Source of the DNA: an archaeon
GTDB lineage: Archaea; Nanobdellota; Nanobdellia; Pacearchaeales; GW2011-AR1
Length of the DNA: 64,000 nucleotides
Reading direction: 5' to 3'
Assembly (NCBI GenBank): GCA_030636025.1
Contig: DAOVXQ010000003.1
Span: 32,481-96,480, forward strand
Part shown: piece by piece, positions 44,992 through 54,473 of the stretch
How positions within the stretch are numbered: the first letter of the stretch is position 1
Layout of the letters: each line of letters starts with the position of its first letter
Notes under the pieces: model-generated
Seen by the model: the letters and a program-made list of their open reading frames with translations, nothing else
The model's database searches: none
Told to the model about the DNA's origin: nothing
Made by a program: the position numbers and the translations under genes

Positions 44992-47070
44992 TTAAGAAGT
45001 ATTATCAAGGCACTTTTGTCTTGCCCTGTCTTCAATTATTTTTTCACATAAGCTTTTATCATTAGTTTGTATTCCAACATCTCTGTAACATTTGTCCCCA
45101 ATATGGCTATCAGTTATTTTGTCACAATAACTAGCATCCCCTGTTTTCTCTGCAACCCCCACATAACATTCTGCTTGTAAAGAACTATCTTCCATTTCTT
45201 CGCAAACACCAACATCCCCCTTTTGTTCTGCAACCCAAAAATAACATTTTTCCCGTAAAGAATTATCAACCACATTGTCACAAATATTAGCATCCCCTGT
45301 GTGTTCTGCAACATTAACATAACATTTATTTTTGTGTTCACTATCATAAACTATGTTTTCACAAATCTCAAAATCACTCTTACTTATTGCAACATCAATA
45401 TAACAGCCCGCCCTTTCAATATTATCTTCTATCTCCCCGCAAAGTTCAACACTATTCGGGGGTCTCGGTGGTAAATCTCCAATTTCAATCTCTTCTAAAT
45501 CATTTTTATATTTCTTAAAATAAGCATCTGCTATAGGTTCTGGGAACGGAGCACCACTGTCTGGTCCAGTGCCAACTGCGATAACATAGTTTTCATGTGC
45601 CCAAACCATTGAAACCCTGTCTTGATATACTTTTTGACCCTTATACTCTTTTAAAACAAAATTTTTATTTAATGTAGTCAGCTGTTTAACTAAGTTTTCC
45701 ACATACTCCCTGTTTTCATATGGACAAACAAGCCCGATACCAACCTTTTCATCTTTATCATACAATGCTACACAACACTTTATTGTCCCTATTTGCTCAC
45801 CTTCATCTGTAAATAATGGCACTTGTGATTCTTTACTAGGACCATATTCTGATTTAACATATTCATAATCTTCAATATCCTTTTCTATAAGAAATTTAGA
45901 GCAATCTTTAGACTCTTCATCGCCCCCAAATAATTTTTTAAACCACCCAAGAAATTTATCCCATAACTTACTGCTCACACAATTTCCATTAATACATAAA
46001 TTAGTCTCGCATTCAAAATTATTTTCACATTTTTCATCATCTCCAAACTGATTTACAAATGCATCATTTTCAGCAGAACAATAGCTCCCTGATTTCCTAT
46101 AACCGTATGGATAACATTTTTCTTCTAATTCACAGCCACTACAAGGATAAAATATCTCTTTATCTTCATCATCTTCTGGACAAGGAGGACAATCTCCTCC
46201 GCACATTCTAACTTTATCTTTACATTCTGGTTCAGGCTCGCATTCTCCAATTCCGCACCCTTTTGGTTGAAATTTAACTTCTATAATATCTTCAACAGAA
46301 CCGCAAGAACCTGTTTCTTTTGTATAAACTTTAAACCTAACTTTTGTAACTCCTCCGGCAGGCTTTTCTGCTTTTCCAGTATGGATAAAATATCCTTTAT
46401 TATCTGTTTTCTGCAAATCAGGAGTATGCCACCTATCATCATACATCTGCCCATAAAAAGCATAATCTGGAAGATGATTCCCCTGTGAATCAAAAACTTC
46501 AATTATAATTTTCACATCCTCACCAATTTGATAGCTTCCTTTATTGAATGTTACTTTTATTTTAGCAGCACATATTTCAGGTCCAGGTCCAACATCTGGA
46601 CAATCATCTTCAACAGAAATTTTACATACCCACCCCCCGATTTCACACTTGCACTCAGGAATTTTTGTCCCATCTTCACAAACATAATATTTTATTTCTC
46701 CTTCATTACATTGTTTTTCATCATCATCATCATCATCTTCTTTTTCTACAGGAGGTTCTAATTCAAGCACTATACATTCACAACCACAACTTCCTTGAAC
46801 AGCTCCATCAGGACATTCTAAGGTACAAAAAGCTTCACAACAATCCTTATCACATTTTTCCCCTTCTTGACAAATGCCATCTCCACAAATTTCTTCTTCT
46901 ATTGGAGCTGTCTCAATTCCGTCAGTTTCATTATCTTCAACAACTTTTCCAGTAATTTTATTCCAAACCCCATTAAACAAATTAGCAGAAACAAAACTAA
47001 CAGAACTAATCACACTAATTAACAATACAGATATTAATAATAATCCTAAGATTGCACCCTTTTTTTTCAT
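44992..47070 (-). CDS. Secreted cysteine-rich repeat protein
   Basis: 692 aa with a signal peptide, a CGDGICQEGEKCDKDCC module, a poly-D tract, and ~5 C-terminal ~36-aa repeats of type C-x-(V/I)-(A)-x3-GD-x3-C. Confidence 0.6.
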   Translation of the reverse strand: MKKKGAILGLLLISVLLISVISSVSFVSANLFNGVWNKITGKVVEDNETDGIETAPIEEEICGDGICQEGEKCDKDCCEAFCTLECPDGAVQGSCGCECIVLELEPPVEKEDDDDDDEKQCNEGEIKYYVCEDGTKIPECKCEIGGWVCKISVEDDCPDVGPGPEICAAKIKVTFNKGSYQIGEDVKIIIEVFDSQGNHLPDYAFYGQMYDDRWHTPDLQKTDNKGYFIHTGKAEKPAGGVTKVRFKVYTKETGSCGSVEDIIEVKFQPKGCGIGECEPEPECKDKVRMCGGDCPPCPEDDEDKEIFYPCSGCELEEKCYPYGYRKSGSYCSAENDAFVNQFGDDEKCENNFECETNLCINGNCVSSKLWDKFLGWFKKLFGGDEESKDCSKFLIEKDIEDYEYVKSEYGPSKESQVPLFTDEGEQIGTIKCCVALYDKDEKVGIGLVCPYENREYVENLVKQLTTLNKNFVLKEYKGQKVYQDRVSMVWAHENYVIAVGTGPDSGAPFPEPIADAYFKKYKNDLEEIEIGDLPPRPPNSVELCGEIEDNIERAGCYIDVAISKSDFEICENIVYDSEHKNKCYVNVAEHTGDANICDNVVDNSLREKCYFWVAEQKGDVGVCEEMEDSSLQAECYVGVAEKTGDASYCDKITDSHIGDKCYRDVGIQTNDKSLCEKIIEDRARQKCLDNTS

Positions 47071-47200
47071 TTATTTTAAAAGAATATGTGGTATTTAACT
47101 TTTTGGGTTTTATGAATCTGGTAGAAATTAAACTAGTCAAGAGATAAACTAATTTATCAAACTAATTCCAAAAAATAACAACCTTTTCAAATAAACCTAA

Positions 47201-47410
47201 TTACATCCCTAAAAATTTAAACAATTCAAGGACCATAAATACCGGCCAAACAATAGCTTTTAAGAATCCTAAAACTCCCATCCAAAAGCCAGTTGCACTA
47301 GAGATATAATAAATTGCAGCCCCAATAAAACCAAGACCATAAAATGCCCCTCCGCAAGAATCACAAGGATTTATTTTACAATTCTTTATTTTTTTCTTCA
47401 TAATTTTCAC
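47201..47410 (-). CDS. Small membrane protein
   Basis: 69 aa with CDSCGG followed by two hydrophobic helices. Confidence 0.4.
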   Translation of the reverse strand: MKIMKKKIKNCKINPCDSCGGAFYGLGFIGAAIYYISSATGFWMGVLGFLKAIVWPVFMVLELFKFLGM

Positions 47411-47458
47411 CTCCTAATTTCTAATGTCTTTTAGATTTAAATAGTTTACTAAATGGAC

Positions 47459-48339
47459 GGCTCTGTTGAAAATCTCCTAGCATACAAGATTTAAATTGTG
47501 TGCTATTCCCTTACAAAATATTTCTGTTCTCATTCCTGCAATCTTTTTGGCTTTAATCGTTCCACCATACTTTCTTTTTATCGCAGAAAATCCTGCCTCA
47601 ACATTACTTCTTAAATTATATTCCCTTTGATTCCAGTTTTTCATTTGCTTTTTTCTAAAATGCCCTCGATGAATATTCTTTTTTAATGGGATAAATGTTT
47701 GGATGGATTTCCAATAGCATAATTCATAAAGCCATTCAGCACAGTAACCCTTATCTCCAGAAAAGATTTTAACGTCGCTGATTCTCTTTAAAAGATATTT
47801 TACATCTTGCATATCATGTCTAGGGGTTGTTCTAATTCTCATCACTAAAAACTTTTTAGTTTTCACGTCCAGCAAGGCTGAAAGTTTGGTATAATCTTTT
47901 GGATTTGTTCCATTAATCCTTTTCAAATAATGAAACCCTGGATTTGTTTTGGAAAATCCTGTTCCATCAATAGCGACTTTTCCCGACGACAAACCTGCAG
48001 TTATCTTCAAAAGTTTTTGCCACAAACCAACAGGAATTCTTTTTCTACTTCTACACAATGCAGAATAAGTTGAACATTTTTGTCCAAACATATCTAAAGT
48101 TTTCTCAACTCTCCTTAAACTTAATTGACAAACTTGCATTATCAAAAGTCCAGAAATATGATTTTCAAGTTTATACTTTTTTGGTCCAAATCTATGCAAA
48201 AATTCAGGATATTTAATTTTTTTAAGCAACCGCTTAATTTTTATTTGAAGATTTCTTATATGTTTCATGTTTATCACCTCAGATAAACATAGTTTTCAGG
48301 GTAGATATATTTTACCCTGAAGACTTTTTCAACAGAGCC
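47459..48339 (-). mobile_element. Intact IS4/IS5-type insertion sequence (881 bp)
   Basis: 14-bp perfect terminal inverted repeats, GGCTCTGTTGAAAA (47459-47472) and TTTTCAACAGAGCC (48326-48339). 9-bp target duplication TAAATGGAC (47450-47458 and 48340-48348). Single transposase ORF. Confidence 0.85.
47477..48277 (-). CDS. DDE transposase (IS4/IS5 type)
   Basis: AIDGTGF (D), GDKGY (D) and YNLRSNVEAGFSAIK, which is the Y-x2-R-x3-E-x6-K signature. Confidence 0.85.
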   Translation of the reverse strand: MINMKHIRNLQIKIKRLLKKIKYPEFLHRFGPKKYKLENHISGLLIMQVCQLSLRRVEKTLDMFGQKCSTYSALCRSRKRIPVGLWQKLLKITAGLSSGKVAIDGTGFSKTNPGFHYLKRINGTNPKDYTKLSALLDVKTKKFLVMRIRTTPRHDMQDVKYLLKRISDVKIFSGDKGYCAEWLYELCYWKSIQTFIPLKKNIHRGHFRKKQMKNWNQREYNLRSNVEAGFSAIKRKYGGTIKAKKIAGMRTEIFCKGIAHNLNLVC

Positions 48340-48343
48340 TAAA

Positions 48344-48422
48344 TGGACCTACCAGAGATCGCGGCCTCTTTAATAAAAAGAGGTCATCCCCACAGGGAAA
48401 CTGCTGAATTCTCGGTGTAAAC
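48344..48422 (-). pseudogene. tRNA-Val 3'-half copy V3 (with 44-nt replacement in the T arm)
   Basis: TGGACCTACCAGAGATCG[CGGCCTCTTTAATAAAAAGAGGTCATCCCCACAGGGAAACTGCTG]AATTCTCGGTGTAAAC. The IS target duplication lies in its 3' end. Confidence 0.65.
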
Positions 48423-48506
48423 TAATGGGTCAAATTACTTCTTTTTTGAAAGAACAATATTTCACTTAACAGAAAGACATATAAATACAAAAAGTATACT
48501 TTTAGT

Positions 48507-48725
48507 ATGCAACTTAGAATTAAAGAAGAAACACACCTTGCAATTACAAAACTTAAAGAACAACTTTTGCTAGATTCTTATGATGATGTTATCTGGCATT
48601 TTATTGAACCTTTTCTTCCTTTGTCTAATTCAAGCGAAAGTTTAAGAAAAGAAGCCTTAGATGAATTTAAAAAAGGAGAAACAATTTCTTTTGAAGAAAT
48701 TTTAGCTGAGCATGAAAAAGATTGA
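48507..48725 (+). CDS. Putative antitoxin (partner of RelE-like toxin)
   Basis: 72-aa ORF overlapping the toxin gene by 14 nt. Confidence 0.45.
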   Translation: MQLRIKEETHLAITKLKEQLLLDSYDDVIWHFIEPFLPLSNSSESLRKEALDEFKKGETISFEEILAEHEKD

Positions 48726-48957
48726 ATTTTCTTCAAAAGCAAAAAAGAAATATTTTAAATTACCCTTTAATATAAGAAATTTTATTAATGCAAGATTAAA
48801 AGATTTACAAAATGAAAAAAGAGTTGATATTAAAAAATTACAGGGCTATAAAAGTTGTTTTAGATTAAGAATTGGCGGATATAGAATTTTATTAGAATTA
48901 CAAAATAATATCTGGATTGTATTTGATATAGATACTAGAAAAAAGGTTTATGGATAA
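48712..48957 (+). CDS. RelE/ParE-family toxin
   Basis: KKLQGYKSCFRLRIGGYRILLELQNNIWIVFDIDTRKKVY. Confidence 0.7.
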   Translation: MKKIEFSSKAKKKYFKLPFNIRNFINARLKDLQNEKRVDIKKLQGYKSCFRLRIGGYRILLELQNNIWIVFDIDTRKKVYG

Positions 48958-49035
48958 TTTATAATATATTCAAAGGTTAATAATTTAATAATTTACTAAT
49001 ATAGTTAGGGGGATGAATTTATATTTAAAAAAACA

Positions 49036-49113
49036 TGGACCTACGCGGGATCGCGGCCTCTTTAATAAAAAGAGGTCATCCCCACAGGGAAACTGCTGAA
49101 TACTCGGTGTAAA
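49036..49113 (-). pseudogene. tRNA-Val 3'-half copy V2 (with 44-nt replacement in the T arm)
   Basis: TGGACCTACGCGGGATCG[same 44 nt as V3]AATACTCGGTGTAAAT, followed by a ~40-nt block shared with V1. Confidence 0.65.
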
Positions 49114-49151
49114 TAATCATATACCTTTAGTAACTATTTTGGTAATAATCA

Positions 49152-50072
49152 TTATTTCCCATTAATCATAAATTTCCTAAAATAAACCTTCTCTTTCTTT
49201 GTTGTATGCCATGTTTCATCATCTCCGCCAAAGAACAAACTAAACATAACTTGATTAATGCCATAACTTTTTTTCTTCCTTAAATTTATCTTTCTCTCCA
49301 ATACTCTCTTTCCATTAACCCATGCGAAAATTGTGTCCTTCTTTTTTGGATTTTCGGAGAGTTTCATGCGCATTTTAATATTATACCATTTATTTGGCTC
49401 AATAAACACTTTTTTATTTTTGTATTTGTATATCTGGTCATCTCCCTGATTTGTTTTCCTATCTGGATAATACATATATTGCACAAGATATGCTTTATGA
49501 GATTCTTTTATTAGATCCCTACAATACCATTCATATTTTATAATTTCTTTACTAATAGTTCTCATTTGAGCTAATATTTTCTCTTTACTTTCATCGGACC
49601 TGACGATTTTTTTTAGCATCTTAAATTCTTTTGATAAAGGTCTTTTTTGAATTACTAATTTTTCAAAATCTGTCTCTCTCCACATTAACCTAGCAGAAAA
49701 ACCGTTTTGATATTGTTCTTGTGTTCCCCCACACCCCATTGAAGCTCCTCCGCCGAATCCTGGAAGCTTTCCCCCACGAACAAAATCAAAATTGTCTCCA
49801 AACATAATATCATATTCAAAAGTAGCATCGTCTAAATTTCTTGGAAAATTTAATCTCCAAAAAGAGCCCCCTTTGCTTTCAGTGTCTTTTGGAATTGTTA
49901 TTTCTAAAACTTTCTCGCCTTTCTTTTTTATAATTCTACATCTTTTTTCAGCAACACCCCTTCTTGGTTCAGAACCCCAATCTTTGATAAAAGTATCAAC
50001 ATCATATAAGCCAATCTTATGATCTGCAAAATCAATAACCTTTAAGTACAAATTTTCTTTTTTATTTTCCAT
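49152..50072 (-). CDS. Cassette ORF, possibly polysaccharide-lyase-like
   Basis: 306 aa. GGKLPGFGGG...GCGGT...NGFSARLMWRE is reminiscent of the PF14099-type lyase fold. This is a weak call. Confidence 0.35.
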   Translation of the reverse strand: MENKKENLYLKVIDFADHKIGLYDVDTFIKDWGSEPRRGVAEKRCRIIKKKGEKVLEITIPKDTESKGGSFWRLNFPRNLDDATFEYDIMFGDNFDFVRGGKLPGFGGGASMGCGGTQEQYQNGFSARLMWRETDFEKLVIQKRPLSKEFKMLKKIVRSDESKEKILAQMRTISKEIIKYEWYCRDLIKESHKAYLVQYMYYPDRKTNQGDDQIYKYKNKKVFIEPNKWYNIKMRMKLSENPKKKDTIFAWVNGKRVLERKINLRKKKSYGINQVMFSLFFGGDDETWHTTKKEKVYFRKFMINGK

Positions 50073-50104
50073 CTATTAAATGAGCTATTTAGACTTTAAA
50101 AACA

Positions 50105-50145
50105 TGGACCTACCAAGGATCGAACCTGGGAATACTCGGTGTAAA
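50105..50145 (-). pseudogene. tRNA-Val 3'-half copy V1
   Basis: TGGACCTACCAAGGATCGAACCTGGGAATACTCGGTGTAAAT has 1 mismatch to the intact gene over its 3' half and breaks in the anticodon loop. Confidence 0.75.
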
Positions 50146-50200
50146 TAATAATACCCTAAAGGTAACTATTTTAGTAATAAACTTTTGTGTTTATTTTAGT

Positions 50201-50938
50201 TCATATATCCTTACTATATCCTTTCCATTTCTTTTTAAATATTTTATAATAATTATCATCCCATATTTTTTTTTGTTTTTTCTTTCCTAAAACAAAACTA
50301 GAAGCTCCCCCCTCGTGATATACAAAAACCTCGGGATTAATATAAACATTATACTTTTTTTTATAAAGAGTAAACAATATATCTATATCTTCTCCAGAAG
50401 CAATTAGATACTCTTCTGAAAAACCTCCAATTTCGTCAAGTATTTTTTTCTTGAATAACAAAAACTCTCCCCAAACCCCCTGATTCCATCTCTTTAACTT
50501 TATCAAACTACTTGCTTGATTAAGGAGAGGTGACTTTTTTATTGATTTTATCCTTTTTGTTTCAATACCAAAATTATAATTCCATAAGGTTAATGGAGAA
50601 ACCATCCCACATTTTTTATCTTTTTCAAAAGGTTTTCTCAATTTTTTAAACCAACCTTTTGGAACTATGGTATCATTATTAGCAATACAAATAAACTTCC
50701 CAGAAGATAGTTCTATCCCCTTATTCCATGCCTTTGCTAAATCTGTTCTTTTATTAAATCTATAACAAATATCTGAAGATTTTTTTATAAAATTAATTGC
50801 TTTTTTGTCTTTTGAACCATTATCTATTAAGATTAGTTCATAATTACAATTAGTATATTGTCTAATACTTGAAATAAATCTTTTAGTTATTTCTAGGTTA
50901 TCTATCACAACTGCAATAATTGAAAGTTCTTTGTTCAT
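50201..50938 (-). CDS. Family 2 glycosyltransferase
   Basis: LSIIAVVIDNLEITKRFISSIRQYT...ELILIDNGSKD...NNDTIV. Confidence 0.75.
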   Translation of the reverse strand: MNKELSIIAVVIDNLEITKRFISSIRQYTNCNYELILIDNGSKDKKAINFIKKSSDICYRFNKRTDLAKAWNKGIELSSGKFICIANNDTIVPKGWFKKLRKPFEKDKKCGMVSPLTLWNYNFGIETKRIKSIKKSPLLNQASSLIKLKRWNQGVWGEFLLFKKKILDEIGGFSEEYLIASGEDIDILFTLYKKKYNVYINPEVFVYHEGGASSFVLGKKKQKKIWDDNYYKIFKKKWKGYSKDI

Positions 50939-50969
50939 CTTATTCTCTTTTTTTATTTATTATAAAAAA

Positions 50970-51040
50970 TGGACCTACCAGGGATCGAACCTGGGAATAC
51001 TCGGTGTAAACGAGTCAGTTTGCCACTAGCTTATAGGTCC
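50970..51040 (-). tRNA. tRNA-Val (TAC)
   Basis: Sense strand: GGACCTA TA AGCT AGTGGCA AACT G ACTCG TTTACAC CGAGT ATTC CCAGG TTCGATC CCTGG TAGGTCC A. Total 71 nt with one C-A mismatch in the D stem. Confidence 0.8.
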
Positions 51041-51121
51041 TTAAAATATTATTGATTTTTATATTTTATAAAGTTAATTATTTAAAATTTTTGGCAAGGT
51101 TATAAAGAAATAATAATATTC

Positions 51122-52102
51122 TTATGCTCTTGATTCAATTAAACCAGCAATATAATCTCTAGCACCTTGAACAGCTTCCATTTCTTCAGAAGTTACTGCA
51201 GCCGGGGTTGAATATTTTTCTCTGGGCAATGCTACAGAACAAACTAAAGAAGGTTTTACTATTCTTGGTTCACATCTATCATTTCTGTTTTCTGCCCAAG
51301 TTGTCCAAGCTCCACCCACAATAGATTTTCCTCTTGCCTGTATATATTCACTACCATGTTCTCCACCTTCAGGTCTTAAATAATTATCAGCGTTTAATCC
51401 TATTGATAATGAAAATTTTCTACCTTCATGTTTAAATTCAAATTCCGGTGCCTCATCAAATCCACCAGATGCAAAATATTGTGTCCATTGATTTACATTT
51501 TTTAAAGCTCCATTAGGTAAAGGTAAACTTTTAACAGCATCTTCTAAATTTAAATTAAACCACCAATCATCAACAACACCCAATCTACCTTTTGCACTTG
51601 AATTAACTAAAGCCATAGGTTTTTCAATAGTTTCAGCAAGTTTTCCTTCTGGCTCTCTTCCAACATAAGCAGCACATAAACTTAATACATATTTGTCTCC
51701 AAATCTATTTCCTTCCACCGTAGTTTTAAAGAAATTAGTGCCCATTGCATCATGATCAAATCTTTTATGAAATCTACCGCTCCTTTGTAAAGAAGATACT
51801 GCCTCATTAACTAATTTTTCAGTAAATCCCTCTGCGTTTTTAGCTCCAGCCAATAATAATAAACATGCACCCATTCCTCCACCTTCATTTCCTAAAGCAT
51901 TCATAAGATTATTTTGTGTAGCTCTTGCTCCTTGAACTGAACCACCATTATATACTGCAATCGCTTGACCAAATTCTTCAGGACTATCTAGAATTATACC
52001 TTGCCTATAATCATCTCTATCCACCCCTTCAATTTGTGATTCTCCACTAAAACTCTCTGGAGTTGTTTTACATTGTTTTTCTGGATTAGTAATTTTTGCC
52101 AT
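51122..52102 (-). CDS. Hypothetical protein, compositionally atypical (G/A-rich, K-poor)
   Basis: 326-aa ORF adjacent to the tRNA-Val 5' side. Confidence 0.45.
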   Translation of the reverse strand: MAKITNPEKQCKTTPESFSGESQIEGVDRDDYRQGIILDSPEEFGQAIAVYNGGSVQGARATQNNLMNALGNEGGGMGACLLLLAGAKNAEGFTEKLVNEAVSSLQRSGRFHKRFDHDAMGTNFFKTTVEGNRFGDKYVLSLCAAYVGREPEGKLAETIEKPMALVNSSAKGRLGVVDDWWFNLNLEDAVKSLPLPNGALKNVNQWTQYFASGGFDEAPEFEFKHEGRKFSLSIGLNADNYLRPEGGEHGSEYIQARGKSIVGGAWTTWAENRNDRCEPRIVKPSLVCSVALPREKYSTPAAVTSEEMEAVQGARDYIAGLIESRA

Positions 52103-52240
52103 TTTCTTTAAATTATAACTGCATTAATCCTTTTTAAAGATTCCGTTAATGTTATCACTTAAAAATTAAGAAATATTGCCGAGTAGAATTCAAATTTACA
52201 CTTCACAAATATTTATAAATTAACAACAACAAAAAATTAT

Positions 52241-52675
52241 ATGCCAATACAAACAGTTGAAGTAAGGATTAAGAAACTGCATCCAGATGCAAAGATTCCA
52301 ACTATTGGAACAGGCCACTCTGCAGGATTTGACATTTATTCTATAGAAGACAAAGTAATTCCTCCAGGAGAAACAGCCACCATAGAAACAGGAATTGCAT
52401 TAGAAATCCCAATCGGAAAAGTAGTTTGTTTATGGGACAGGAGCGGAATGGGTTCTAATTCACAGCACAGATTTGCAGGACTTTTAGATTCAGATTACCG
52501 AGGAGAATATAAAATAGTAATTCACAACCATAATAAAAAACCTTATGAAATAAAAAAAGGAGACAAAATTGTCCAAGGAGTTATACAAGATTATTACAAA
52601 CCAATTTTCAAAGAAGTCAAAGAACTTTCAGACTCTCAAAGAAGCGAAGGAGCATTTGGTTCAACAGGAAAATAG
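52241..52675 (+). CDS. dut: dUTP diphosphatase
   Basis: GHSAGFDIYS, WDRSGMG, GLLDSDYRGE and the C-terminal RSEGAFGSTG. Confidence 0.9.
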   Translation: MPIQTVEVRIKKLHPDAKIPTIGTGHSAGFDIYSIEDKVIPPGETATIETGIALEIPIGKVVCLWDRSGMGSNSQHRFAGLLDSDYRGEYKIVIHNHNKKPYEIKKGDKIVQGVIQDYYKPIFKEVKELSDSQRSEGAFGSTGK

Positions 52676-52717
52676 AAACAACTAAATTTAAATATCAATT
52701 ATTCTAATCAATTTTAT

Positions 52718-52788
52718 GCGCCAGTAGTTTAGTGGTAGAATATCTCGTTGCCAACGAGGTGACCCGAGTTCAATTCTCGGCTGGCGCA
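52718..52788 (+). tRNA. tRNA-Gly (GCC)
   Basis: Acceptor GCGCCAG/CTGGCGC, anticodon arm TCTCG-TTGCCAA-CGAGG, T arm CCGAG-TTCAATT-CTCGG. Confidence 0.85.
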
Positions 52789-52842
52789 TTTTTTATTTTC
52801 AGTCTCATATATTCTTTTATAATAGAATTTCATTGGATTTTT

Positions 52843-53394
52843 ATGGATTGGATAATATTTTTAAGCGATTTAATTAGATTTGCGATAATTACTGGAGCAA
52901 TATCATATATAATAAAATATTATTTTGATAAAAAATTTGAAGAATTTAAAAATAGAATGGAACAGGAAAAAATTAGATTTTCAAAACTACATGAAAAAAG
53001 AGGAGAAGTAATTTGCAAACTCTATGGGTTACTTGATGATTTAGATAAAACAATGGGCATTTTAACTAGTCCTGCAGAATTTACAGGAGACCTTCCAAGA
53101 AAAGAAAAAATTCAGAATGCCGCGGAATCTGGAGATAGGTTTGTAGAATATTATTCTAAGAATGCAATTTATTTTAGAGAAGATATTGAGATTCTACTAA
53201 ATGAATTAAAAAGTAACTTCAGAAAATCATTTATAATTTATAACCTTAGCCCACATCATGGAGAAAAAGAATGGGATGAAAAGATTAAAGCATGGGAGAT
53301 AATTATTGACAAGATTCCTCCCCTAAAAAAGAAACTTAAAGACGAGTTTAGAAGAATTTTGGGAGTTCATACAAAAATAAGGTTAAAAAAATAA
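52843..53394 (+). CDS. Membrane-anchored hypothetical protein
   Basis: The start was moved to MDWIIFLSDL..., because the track ORF start overlaps tRNA-Gly. Confidence 0.45.
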   Translation: MDWIIFLSDLIRFAIITGAISYIIKYYFDKKFEEFKNRMEQEKIRFSKLHEKRGEVICKLYGLLDDLDKTMGILTSPAEFTGDLPRKEKIQNAAESGDRFVEYYSKNAIYFREDIEILLNELKSNFRKSFIIYNLSPHHGEKEWDEKIKAWEIIIDKIPPLKKKLKDEFRRILGVHTKIRLKK

Positions 53395-53418
53395 AAAACT
53401 ATATTACTGAATTCTATA

Positions 53419-53628
53419 TCAAAATTTAACTCCAATCATTTCTAAAAATTTGAGGATTAATGCTACAGCTATTAAAAGAATTGCTACATAAAAGAAAATT
53501 ATAATAAAAATTGCAGGCCCTCCTAATGAGGCAAATAAAAGTGGAGACAAAAGCGCCCCCATGATTATAAATACAATAATTGCAAATACTCCTTGTAATA
53601 AGTCTTCAAAATCATTTCTTCTTCTCAT
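53419..53628 (-). CDS. Small two-TM membrane protein
   Basis: 69-aa hydrophobic ORF. Confidence 0.4.
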   Translation of the reverse strand: MRRRNDFEDLLQGVFAIIVFIIMGALLSPLLFASLGGPAIFIIIFFYVAILLIAVALILKFLEMIGVKF

Positions 53629-53854
53629 TTTTATTTACCTCCTTTTCCTTATTTTTATCATTAAATATAAATAAATCTAAAATTTTCCACGTCGCCATAA
53701 GTATAAATAATGCAAATATTATTTTTATTAAAAGTGCAATGTGTTCATCTGGAATATCATAATTAAAAAATATCCCTAATACTCCAATCACAGAGAATAT
53801 TATTGTAATTACAATTGCCTTCTCACTAGTTTTTAATTCATGCACGCCTCTCAT
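53612..53854 (-). CDS. Small two-TM membrane protein
   Basis: 80-aa ORF overlapping the downstream gene by 17 nt. Confidence 0.4.
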   Translation of the reverse strand: MRGVHELKTSEKAIVITIIFSVIGVLGIFFNYDIPDEHIALLIKIIFALFILMATWKILDLFIFNDKNKEKEVNKNEKKK

Positions 53855-53934
53855 AAAATTTAATTAAGCCCAAGGTATATAAATTTATTGTAACAAAATA
53901 AAAACATATAAGATTTTACCCACAGCAGGCACAT

Positions 53935-54279
53935 TCAACCACCAAAACTCCCAGAACCAAATTTTACTAAGATTTTCCTAATCTCATTAATAGTTTCTTG
54001 TTGATTTTGTTTATCAGACATTCTGACAAATCTCATTAATACATCTACCAAACTTTCCCTATCCAATAATTTCGATTTATATCCATCTGTAATAAAATAA
54101 AACCTAAATGATTTATATTTAAGTTCCTTAATTACAATTCCACCAACACTCCCTAAAACTTTTCCTTTTTTTGGATTGTCCTCTAAAGAATACATTTGCC
54201 TAAAAATTATTTTAGATTCACTTTTAAATTTTTTTAAAATCTTATTTTTTAGAATTTCATCAATACTTACTTTGGCCAT
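53935..54279 (-). CDS. Putative RelE/HigB-fold toxin
   Basis: GKVLGSVGGIVIKELKYKSFRFYFITDG. It overlaps the upstream small gene by 13 nt. Confidence 0.4.
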   Translation of the reverse strand: MAKVSIDEILKNKILKKFKSESKIIFRQMYSLEDNPKKGKVLGSVGGIVIKELKYKSFRFYFITDGYKSKLLDRESLVDVLMRFVRMSDKQNQQETINEIRKILVKFGSGSFGG

Positions 54280-54473
54280 TTTTTATCTGCCTCTTTTATG
54301 GCCTCTTCAATAGGAATAAATCTCTCATCAGACATTAAAAATTCCTTTAATTGCTCTTTAACTGCTAATGAATAAATCCTTTTAAGAATATCCTCATAAC
54401 TCTCGCCTTTAATCCCGAAAGAAGATATTTTGTCTTTTGTTTTTTTACTTAATTGAATTGTTGTTGTTTCCAT
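54267..54473 (-). CDS. Putative antitoxin
   Basis: 68-aa helical ORF immediately upstream of, and overlapping, the toxin-like gene. Confidence 0.4.
   Translation of the reverse strand: METTTIQLSKKTKDKISSFGIKGESYEDILKRIYSLAVKEQLKEFLMSDERFIPIEEAIKEADKKWPK

Noticed and set aside
52732-52842. Upstream part of track ORF 52732..53394.
   Set aside because: It is read straight through tRNA-Gly(GCC). The internal start MDWIIF... is more plausible.
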